From Patescibacteria group bacterium (GTDB taxonomy: Bacteria; Patescibacteriota; Minisyncoccia; Minisyncoccales; RBG-13-36-15), in assembly GCA_022574775.1 (NCBI GenBank), contig JACZRI010000001.1:31631-95630 (forward strand): a stretch of DNA of 64,000 bases, given 5' to 3'. The notes under the pieces were generated by a model. That model was not told the DNA's origin and searched no databases. It saw only the letters and a list, made by a program, of their open reading frames with translations. Position 1 is the first letter of the stretch. Each line of letters opens with the position of its first letter. The position numbers and the translations under genes are program-made. Below are positions 33,181 through 40,761 of this stretch, piece by piece.

Positions 33181-33618
33181 TTACTCAATTGCTTCCCGAT
33201 ACGTATCTGTTGTTTCTGGTTTCTCTTTTTCGGGCGAGGTTTTAGGTTTAACTTCTTTTATCACTCCCGGTGGTCTTGCAGGAGGATCAATCTCTATTTC
33301 ATAAAGCTTGGAAAGTATTTCCTTGACTGGGAAAAAGATAAAACGATTTATTTCCCTGGCGACATTTTTTGCCGTTTCTGCTTTTAGTTTCACTTTTTTA
33401 ATTAAGGTATCTTCAAATTCGTTGGGAGGCAGTAAACCTGACAAAACGTAGCCCGTACGTTCAGCTACTTCAGGAATTTTATTTTCTGGTACTTGATTTC
33501 TTTCGCAGGCATTGCCAATACTATCTGCAGTTTCTTGAGAAAAAACAGCTTCCTGCAACTCTTCTGGCAGTTTTTTATAAAGCTTCCAAAGTTGTTCTCT
33601 TAAGTATTCCTTCGGCAT
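33181..33618 (-). CDS. Hypothetical protein (145 aa, acidic, P/E/K-rich tail)
   Basis: Clean ORF co-oriented with the T4SS-like genes. No recognisable family. Confidence 0.5.
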   Translation of the reverse strand: MPKEYLREQLWKLYKKLPEELQEAVFSQETADSIGNACERNQVPENKIPEVAERTGYVLSGLLPPNEFEDTLIKKVKLKAETAKNVAREINRFIFFPVKEILSKLYEIEIDPPARPPGVIKEVKPKTSPEKEKPETTDTYREAIE

Positions 33619-33765
33619 TGATTTATTTTTATTATTTTATTTTATCACAACCTTTTTTTATTTGAAACGACTGCCTTATTATCTTTATTTTACTACAAAC
33701 AAGGGAAAGAAACCATAATACGACAATTATTACCGATCGCTAATTTCCTATAACAAAAACTGGTC

Positions 33766-33794
33766 TTGACAAATATCACACAAGCTTATATAAT
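33766..33794 (+). promoter_or_regulatory. Consensus sigma70-type promoter for the SPFH gene
   Basis: TTGACA at 33766-33771, a 17-nt spacer, TATAAT at 33789-33794. Confidence 0.7.
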
Positions 33795-33862
33795 TTAATA
33801 ATCAAGGATGCGGAGGGTTTCCTTGATAATTGTAACTTAAAAACTACATAGGAGGTGCGAAG

Positions 33863-35008
33863 ATGAGACAACGAGCAATAGATGTGGGGAAGTTCTTCTG
33901 GAAAGCTATAAAAAGAGGGATGACTATCAGCTACCAATTTTCTCGAGGAGGAATAAAGGAGGTAACAAGAATGAAGGTTAAAATGATCTATATATGGTTG
34001 AGTGTTGTAATAGCACTGTTTATTCTCGCCTTGACTTTGATTACGGTTGGGATTGTAATCGGTGATTACGGTTATCTAATGACTTTTTTTGGAGCACTAC
34101 TTCTTGTTTTGCTTGCTTTCTGGATCCGCCGCTGTTTCCGGAAAGTGGGATCTCTTGAGTCGCCAGCTCGGGCAGTAAGAGTTAGGTGGGGAAAGCCTCG
34201 AGATGTACTTGAAGCAGGCCTCCACATTATCTGGTGGCCAGTTGATGACTTGGTAGTATATCCAACCAAACAATATCTGGTAGATATTACGTGTACCAAG
34301 GTTCACTCAAAGAAAGATGAAAAACACGACACCGCTCTAATGACCGTTGAACTATCTGTTTACTTTGCTTGGCCAGGACTAAAAGATGAAGCCTACGATT
34401 TGATAGAAAGTTTTAAACGAGCGCCTACTCCTGCTGGAGGTTTCGCAGAGGATACAGAGCTTTACACAGCATTTTTTACTCCAACAATAGATGATGCTGT
34501 AAGAAATGTAATGGCAACACATAATCACGAAGACTGTCGCCAAGAAAAAGAAAAGATAGAGAGAGAAATTAAGGATTATTTACTCGACGAGGAGGGCAAC
34601 CCCTTTAAAGAAGCGAGTTTGCCTAAAGACAAAGTTGACGTAGCAATAACACAGATAAGTTTCACAGAAGCGATGGAACAAGCTTTCTCTGCCGAGGAAA
34701 TAGGTGTCAAAACAGGGGCAGGAGAAAAGGCTCGGAGAAGAGCGAATATCTCTGCTCTCATTGAGGAAGGAGTGCCTTCCCTCTTCGCTGCTATGTTTAT
34801 GGAGAAGGGTGAAGAAAAGGGATTTAGCTCCCAGGAGCTCATGTTTACAGCATTAGCTTTGAGAGTGTTTGGAATTGATTTTGGAAATATTGGGGGCACA
34901 GGGGTAAGAATCAGCGAAGAACAAGAGAGAAAACTTCTCGATCTTATTGGTCTAGATAAACGAAATGAATTTCGCCAACTCCTGAAAGAAGCAGGACTGG
35001 ATATATAA
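33863..35008 (+). CDS. SPFH (band 7/stomatin/HflK-like) domain membrane protein
   Basis: Two N-terminal TM helices, then an SPFH-like core: ARAVRVRWGKPRDVLEAGLHIIWWPVDDLVVYPTKQ, TALMTVELSVYFAW, IDDAVRNVMATHNHEDC. Own TTGACA-17-TATAAT promoter and SD. An alternative start ATG at 33971 also has an SD. Confidence 0.65.
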   Translation: MRQRAIDVGKFFWKAIKRGMTISYQFSRGGIKEVTRMKVKMIYIWLSVVIALFILALTLITVGIVIGDYGYLMTFFGALLLVLLAFWIRRCFRKVGSLESPARAVRVRWGKPRDVLEAGLHIIWWPVDDLVVYPTKQYLVDITCTKVHSKKDEKHDTALMTVELSVYFAWPGLKDEAYDLIESFKRAPTPAGGFAEDTELYTAFFTPTIDDAVRNVMATHNHEDCRQEKEKIEREIKDYLLDEEGNPFKEASLPKDKVDVAITQISFTEAMEQAFSAEEIGVKTGAGEKARRRANISALIEEGVPSLFAAMFMEKGEEKGFSSQELMFTALALRVFGIDFGNIGGTGVRISEEQERKLLDLIGLDKRNEFRQLLKEAGLDI

Positions 35009-35024
35009 AAGAGGCAAAAAAAAT

Positions 35025-35048
35025 AGGCTAGATCATCTAGCCTTTTTT
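35025..35048. terminator. Bidirectional terminator between the SPFH gene and the 84-aa gene
   Basis: aggctagat-c-atctagcct, flanked by A8 and T6 runs. Confidence 0.65.
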
Positions 35049-35068
35049 CTTTACAAATGAACAATACA

Positions 35069-35323
35069 TTATCTATACCTATTTTTACCATACCACTGCC
35101 TTTTTCCTTGTCTTTTTTCTGAGGCTCCTTCTGCTGTTTCTCCTTCTATTCTTTCTAGTTCTCCTTCAAAATGCCTTTCTAACTGTTCTAACATTTTTTC
35201 TTGCTTTTTTTTTTCTCTTTTTTTCCTTTCCTTCCTTCTCTTTGCTTCCTCTTCATCTAATTCTCTTGCGTGATCTAAGGTAAGTTGATCTAATATGCGC
35301 TTAACTTCTCTTTGGGTATCCAC
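35069..35323 (-). CDS. Hypothetical highly charged 84-aa protein
   Basis: GTG start with aaggaagg upstream. The K/E/R-rich sequence is predicted to be helical. A bidirectional terminator follows at 35025-35048. Confidence 0.4.
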   Translation of the reverse strand: MDTQREVKRILDQLTLDHARELDEEEAKRRKERKKREKKKQEKMLEQLERHFEGELERIEGETAEGASEKRQGKRQWYGKNRYR

Positions 35324-35473
35324 ACCTTGCCTTCCTTTCTATCAATGTTGTTAAATAGCTTGTTTTTCAGTTATAACATAAGTGGGAAAATTTAACAAGT
35401 TTTAAATTGTTGATATAGTAAAATTCAGGAGGGTTAAGTTCTTTCAAAGCAAATACCCAATCAAAGGAGGGAA

Positions 35474-35848
35474 ATGATGCTAGTCACCTGTCCAGAATGT
35501 AGGGCGAAAATCAGCAAAGTGGCTGATCCTTGTCCGAAATGCGGATTAACCTATGCAGGAGCACAATCCAAAGAAACGTGGGAGTCAACCGAGCAGGCCA
35601 TTCGTGGGGAAATTGGAACAGGAAAGGAAAGATCAGTTTCGAGCAAGGGAATAGGAATAAGTATATATCCATGTGAGTGCGAGCTTCGTGATAGTATTCG
35701 GGGACAGGTTACTAGAGTAAAATTAGAGAAAGATCATTCTGGCCGCTATTCTACTATCATTTACTGGATTCGTTGTTCAGTATGCGGGAAAGAGGTAGAA
35801 GTAAGGGAAGATTCTATAAGAAGGTTAGCCTGGCGGAAGACCTTGTAA
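35474..35848 (+). CDS. Zinc-ribbon protein (124 aa)
   Basis: N-terminal CPECRAKISKVADPCPKCG and a second Cys pair CSVCGKE. SD aaaggaggg, promoter-like TTAACA-16-TATAGT upstream, terminator downstream. Confidence 0.6.
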   Translation: MMLVTCPECRAKISKVADPCPKCGLTYAGAQSKETWESTEQAIRGEIGTGKERSVSSKGIGISIYPCECELRDSIRGQVTRVKLEKDHSGRYSTIIYWIRCSVCGKEVEVREDSIRRLAWRKTL

Positions 35849-35872
35849 GAATATAGACGCGGAAACAAAAAG

Positions 35873-35896
35873 GCGGGTAATTTCTACCCGCTTTTT
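35873..35896. terminator. Bidirectional terminator between the zinc-ribbon gene and the VirB6-like gene
   Basis: gcgggta-atttc-tacccgc, flanked by an A run and a T run. Confidence 0.65.
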
Positions 35897-35911
35897 GATG
35901 TGGAAGAACGG

Positions 35912-38131
35912 TTAAATTGTAAAGTATCCTCGACCCCCAGATTGGTGCATATAGCGGAGTAATGCAGGATTATTCTCTTTCAACCAGAACTCGGCATTGG
36001 AGATTTTTTCTCCTTTCGCTTTCTCTTTTTCCTCATCCGTTAATTGATCATACGCTAATTGTTTAATTCTATTTTCCAATGCTTCAGCTCCTGCACGCTG
36101 GCGCCATTTCAAGAAGTTGCCAATTCGATCTCCAGTCCAATTTTTAACTATAGACTCCATTAACTCTGGGTGCTGAAATCGTTTTGTACCTGGTACTCCT
36201 TCGTAATCTGCTCCTGTTGTTGCGTAAAGTCGATTTGAAATATATCCAGCCCTATCAGGTCTTGTTTTCACGAGAATTTCTTTGTGATAAGCTTTAACGA
36301 GAATTTGTTGTTGGGGTGGGGTAAGAGGAGGTAGAGGAGTACCGGGTGGGGAATCTGGCGGAGGGACAGGAAGTCCAGCGCCCACTCTTATTTCGCTCTC
36401 TAATAAGAAAGGCACTGCAGCTTTCATTTCTTTATGGAGCTGATATTTTTCGGCTTCCTTCATTGTATTGGCTATTTCCTCAAATGTTAATCCTTTATCT
36501 ATGGCTTCGTCAAAATCATAAGGGTCTTTTGCCAGTCTATTTGTGTAGCCAATTTTTGTTGCCCAATCAGGAGCTGCTCTAAGTTTTGAAAGAATCGTAT
36601 CCACTTCCATCCCTTGCATTTCCTTTTCAGCTTCAGCAGCTCTTTTTCTTTGAGCTTCCATAAAACCTGGTCCTATTGCTCTTCCTGTTGCTCGGGCTCC
36701 TGCCCACGTAGCAGTAGTTGTACCTCCTACTGCTACTCCTGCTCCACGTTTAGCCCAACCAATTGGATTCCAACGACTTTCTTTTCTCCCCCATTTAAAT
36801 TCAGGTGTTTTAATTCCTGACAGTCTTTCCGTTGCAAATTCCCTGATTCCTTTTGCTCTTTCTGATTCTTCCCATTTTGATCTTCCCCAAGATTCTGCTC
36901 TGTCTCTGGCTTGTCTTCTTGTCCATGGTGCTACTGCCTTTCCAAACTTTTGACCTCCAGCTATAATACCAGAAGCTCCCATTGCAGAAGTTGACAAGGC
37001 AACAAAAAAGCCAATTAATAAAAAGACCAAAGCCACCCCAAAAGGTAAAACCTCGTTTAAAAAGCCTTGTCCCGATTCTCTTGCGGCAATTTCAATCATA
37101 TGGTCTCCTAACCATAAGAAAAAGGCGGCAGAGACTCCGATTATGGTCCATTGCCAGAACTGATGCCACCAAAATGTAAAGAATCCTCTTGTTGCAGGTA
37201 AAATATAAGCGACGAAGGCCAAGGGAGACAAAATAACTAATATCCAGATAGCCACTCTTCTGATAATAAAAAGGAGAGCGAAAAGGAGGAAAATAATGGA
37301 AGCAAAGACATTATAGGCAGTCATAATGATTACTTTAAAAGTAAGCTCGAGATTTGCTAAGGCATCAAAAGATCCAATGTTTTGGAGAGTATTAGCAATT
37401 GTTTGGCCAATAGACTTAAATCTGGTAGCTAAACTCTCAGTTCCGCTCAGTCCTGACAAGAAAAAATTCATTGTAATATTGGCGCCATCAACAATGACTC
37501 CTAAAATGACCGGGGTGAAATTAATGAGTAAGGCTACCCCGATTAAACGAGGAAGAGTTTTCTGTGCTTGATACTCTTTTAACCTGAGGGCAGTTGCCAA
37601 GCCAATAAAGACTAATACCAAAACGATAAACATATTAGATAAGTCCCTGACAACTGGCCAACCAACATCAACCACTCCTCCTGAGGTATAGGAGGAAATA
37701 AGAAAGAAGGGATCGACTGCCCAGCCTAAAACCATCCTGGCAAAATCTAAAAGAACTATACTCAAGGCAAGGATAAGAGACATTATTATTGTGGCTATAG
37801 CTCCTGCAATGGCGCCTGCTATACCTCCAGCAATGCCAGCAGCCCCTTTTATTGCGCCCAATAATCCTGGACCCCATCCAAAACCAATAGGCGGAAGAAT
37901 TGGAAAAAATTGGGATTGGGCATAAGACAAAGGAAAGAATAATCCCAAAATAATAAAAAATAAAATGGTCCCAGACCAAAAAACCCGCTTGGATATAAAA
38001 TAGCTAGAGATTAAATTTTTAGGTTTTTTATCCATTACATTCAATAGATAATATTTTGATAACAGTTCGCGCGAAGTTGGTTTTACCCGATTTTTTACTG
38101 GAAGATAGATGAGCGTGGCGCGGATTGCCAC
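35912..38131 (-). CDS. VirB6/TrbL-like polytopic membrane protein with a large C-terminal soluble domain
   Basis: 739 aa (707 aa if it starts at ATG 38035). There are 8 or more hydrophobic segments including the glycine zipper GAIKGAAGIAGGIAGAIAGAIATI, then a ~330-aa hydrophilic C-terminus. It sits at the head of the T4SS-like locus. Confidence 0.6.
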   Translation of the reverse strand: MAIRATLIYLPVKNRVKPTSRELLSKYYLLNVMDKKPKNLISSYFISKRVFWSGTILFFIILGLFFPLSYAQSQFFPILPPIGFGWGPGLLGAIKGAAGIAGGIAGAIAGAIATIIMSLILALSIVLLDFARMVLGWAVDPFFLISSYTSGGVVDVGWPVVRDLSNMFIVLVLVFIGLATALRLKEYQAQKTLPRLIGVALLINFTPVILGVIVDGANITMNFFLSGLSGTESLATRFKSIGQTIANTLQNIGSFDALANLELTFKVIIMTAYNVFASIIFLLFALLFIIRRVAIWILVILSPLAFVAYILPATRGFFTFWWHQFWQWTIIGVSAAFFLWLGDHMIEIAARESGQGFLNEVLPFGVALVFLLIGFFVALSTSAMGASGIIAGGQKFGKAVAPWTRRQARDRAESWGRSKWEESERAKGIREFATERLSGIKTPEFKWGRKESRWNPIGWAKRGAGVAVGGTTTATWAGARATGRAIGPGFMEAQRKRAAEAEKEMQGMEVDTILSKLRAAPDWATKIGYTNRLAKDPYDFDEAIDKGLTFEEIANTMKEAEKYQLHKEMKAAVPFLLESEIRVGAGLPVPPPDSPPGTPLPPLTPPQQQILVKAYHKEILVKTRPDRAGYISNRLYATTGADYEGVPGTKRFQHPELMESIVKNWTGDRIGNFLKWRQRAGAEALENRIKQLAYDQLTDEEKEKAKGEKISNAEFWLKENNPALLRYMHQSGGRGYFTI

Positions 38132-38180
38132 ACGGATTTGCGTAGAAAAATTAAGAAGTTAGTTCATTGTAAAACTAAAA

Positions 38181-39038
38181 TTAAGCAACGTCAAAAGTAT
38201 TTGCCAGTCTTGACCAGTCTTTGAGGGTTAACGTTTCAGCTCTCTGGTTTGGTTGAATTTTGTTTCGCAGGAGCAAAATTCTTGTTTTTTCTCTATTAAT
38301 CTTTAGACATTTCGACAAATTATTGATTATTTGTTTGCGTGGTTGGGAAAAACCAGCCCGTACTATTTTAAAAAATAAATCTGTTTTAATCGATTTCTTG
38401 CCAGAGGTTGTTCGTGGCGTGATTCTGAGAATTGCTGAGTCAACTTTTGGCTGTGGCCAGAAGGATTTTTTTGATACATAAGAAACAATTTCGGTTTTAG
38501 CGTAAAACTGCACAGAGACAGCTAGTAAACTCATATTTGGAGGCCGAGCTATAATTCTTTGCGCTACCTCTTTTTGAACCATTAAAACCATCAACTTTGG
38601 AGGATAACCGCTTTCTAAAAATTTCCTGATGACCGGGGAAACAATATAATAAGGAAGATTGGCTACAATCTTGTAGCTCGTAGTTGGTAGTTGATAGTTT
38701 GGGATTTTCAGGACATCACTGTTTATAATTTTAACATTTTTTAAATTTTTTGTGTTCTCTTTTAAAATTTCAACCATTTTCATATCTTTTTCTATCGCTA
38801 TTACCTTTTTAGCGTTTCTTGCCAGCTCATGGGTTAAGTTCCCTATTCCCGAGCCAATTTCTAAGATAACATCTTTTTGACCAATACCAGCAGCTTCCAT
38901 GATTTTTCTTAATATTTTTTTATCAATCAGAAAATTTTGGCCAAACCTTTTTTTCGGAAAGGCTTTATATTTTTTGAGGAAAATTTTAATATCTTTTTTA
39001 GAGAAAAGATCTACTTGTGGCGAGCTTAGTTGAGCCAT
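38181..39038 (-). CDS. rsmA: 16S rRNA (adenine1518/1519-N6)-dimethyltransferase
   Basis: KKRFGQNFLIDKKIL, the SAM motif VILEIGSGIGNLT, and NLPYYI. Confidence 0.9.
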   Translation of the reverse strand: MAQLSSPQVDLFSKKDIKIFLKKYKAFPKKRFGQNFLIDKKILRKIMEAAGIGQKDVILEIGSGIGNLTHELARNAKKVIAIEKDMKMVEILKENTKNLKNVKIINSDVLKIPNYQLPTTSYKIVANLPYYIVSPVIRKFLESGYPPKLMVLMVQKEVAQRIIARPPNMSLLAVSVQFYAKTEIVSYVSKKSFWPQPKVDSAILRITPRTTSGKKSIKTDLFFKIVRAGFSQPRKQIINNLSKCLKINREKTRILLLRNKIQPNQRAETLTLKDWSRLANTFDVA

Positions 39039-39158
39039 TTGGTCATTTTAACATAAAAATTGAGAGTGGGGGTCACAGTTCCATACTGAATTGTTTTAGT
39101 TTGGGGAGAGCGCCGCTATAACACTTTTTGTGAAATAAGTGGGGGTGTGGAAAAACCA

Positions 39159-39186
39159 CTTGACATTACTTCTCAAACGATTATAT
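39159..39186 (+). promoter_or_regulatory. Sigma70-type promoter (TTGACA-16-TATATT) upstream of the LysM-M23 gene
   Basis: TTGACA at 39159-39164 and TATATT at 39181-39186. Confidence 0.55.
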
Positions 39187-39442
39187 TAGGAAAAAAGAGG
39201 TCGTTTAGGCGTCAAGCGCCCTTTGGGCGATATGCGCTTTTTTACTAAGAAACTTAACATCACTCACTAATATTTCTAGTTTTTTTCTGATTCGTCAGAT
39301 TTTAGCAGTCTGGCCAATAGCCCAAAAAGGAATCTGGGTTTATCTTCAAAAAACGAGAAAGGGACTTCAATCAAATTTCAGGGGATTTTCCAAAGACCCC
39401 CTTATTTATTTTGGGATTTTTGCTGTTTTATTATTTGGAGTT

Positions 39443-40426
39443 TTGGTTTTTAAGACTTCTTCTTTTTCTCCGCAGAACACAGGGCTTAGCAGCACCACCT
39501 TACAAGAAAACATTTTAGCATCTGTTTCTCAAAGGTTCTCTGGCAGTATAGGGCAAGAGAGCCTTTTTCTTGGGAAGATCGGGTTGGAGGAGCCTGAATT
39601 TCCATCTCTCAATATAGTTCAAAATAATAGCTTAGTAGGTATTTCTCCTCCAATCACTGTTTCACCAAAAGTTTTGGGCAGTTCAGGGAATTTTAATGAA
39701 GAACCAAAAGAAGTTTCTGAGTACGTTGTTCAATTCGGTGATAATCTATCTTTAATCGCTGAAAAATTTAATATCTCTCTAAACACCCTGCTTTGGGCGA
39801 ACGATTTGAGCAGCAGTTCCTCTATTAATTCCGGTCAAAAACTTATTATTCTCCCGGTCTCCGGGATTTTGCACCATGTGAAGAATGGAGAAACATTAAG
39901 CGGTATTACTAAAACATATCAAGGCGATATAGCTGAAATTGTTTCTTTTAACGAGCTTTCGGGCGAAAGTATTTTTATTGGGGATATTTTAATTATCCCC
40001 GACGGCAAGATGCCTTCAAAGCCAAAATATACTTCAGCGCCAGTTTCTCAAATTCCCTTAGCAGGCTCTTACTTTATTTTTCCCACCCAGGGAAAAATAA
40101 GTCAGGGTCTTCACTGGTATAATGCGGTAGATATTGCAAATGATTGCGGAAACCCTATTTATGCAGCAGCAGGAGGCAAGGTTTTAAGCACTAAGTACGG
40201 ATACAATCTAGGAGCTGGGAATTACATTAAAATATTGCATCCTAACGGCGCAGTTACTTTTTATGGACATTTAAATAGTATTTTAATTGGATCTGGCCAA
40301 TCTGTTTCTCAAGGTCAGACCATCGCACTGACTGGAGGGAAACCAGGAACACTGGGAGCTGGAATATCAACTGGTTGCCATTTGCATTTTGAGGTACGAG
40401 GAGCAAGAAATCCTTTTGCGGGATAG
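39443..40426 (+). CDS. LysM (x2) + M23 peptidase cell-wall hydrolase; the N-terminus is probably longer than the track ORF
   Basis: LysM repeats YVVQFGDNLSLIAEKFNISLNTLLWAN and HHVKNGETLSGITKTYQG. M23 motifs AVDIA, YGHL and GCHLHFEV. The frame stays open upstream to 39209 and encodes a TM helix. Confidence 0.75.
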   Translation: MVFKTSSFSPQNTGLSSTTLQENILASVSQRFSGSIGQESLFLGKIGLEEPEFPSLNIVQNNSLVGISPPITVSPKVLGSSGNFNEEPKEVSEYVVQFGDNLSLIAEKFNISLNTLLWANDLSSSSSINSGQKLIILPVSGILHHVKNGETLSGITKTYQGDIAEIVSFNELSGESIFIGDILIIPDGKMPSKPKYTSAPVSQIPLAGSYFIFPTQGKISQGLHWYNAVDIANDCGNPIYAAAGGKVLSTKYGYNLGAGNYIKILHPNGAVTFYGHLNSILIGSGQSVSQGQTIALTGGKPGTLGAGISTGCHLHFEVRGARNPFAG

Positions 40427-40529
40427 GAGTATTTAGAAGTTTGATTTTTCCAATAGATTACTATATACTAAGCTTAGTCGCAAGAAGTGACTGCGACAGC
40501 TCGTTGCAAAAGCCAAAGGAGGGGCAAAA

Positions 40530-40701
40530 TTGCTGGTACTCGACAGGAAAGTCGAACAAGGTTTCTGGATCGGAGGTAATATATTCATCAAACAAAGTTC
40601 TCTTCATCGGAAGAAGAAACGTTAAGTTGGGAATCGAAGCGCCAAAGGATGTAATAATTAAGAGAGAGGAGCTTCTTGAAAGAAACTCTTCCTCAAGATA
40701 A
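40530..40701 (+). pseudogene. csrA: CsrA-family RNA-binding regulator interrupted by a +1 frameshift near 40596
   Basis: After SD aaaggaggg, the frame starting at TTG 40530 reads LLVLDRKVEQGFWIGGNIFIKQ and then stops at 40623. The next frame (track ORF 40441..40701) reads VLFIGRRNVKLGIEAPKDVIIKREELLERN from 40597. Joined, they give a full-length CsrA pattern (LVLxRK...IG..I.I......VKLGIEAPK...I.R.E). Confidence 0.7.
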
Positions 40702-40761
40702 AGACAACAGAAAACCAAATAGGATTGATCTAAAGAGCGTACATTAGTTGCGCTTTTTTTT

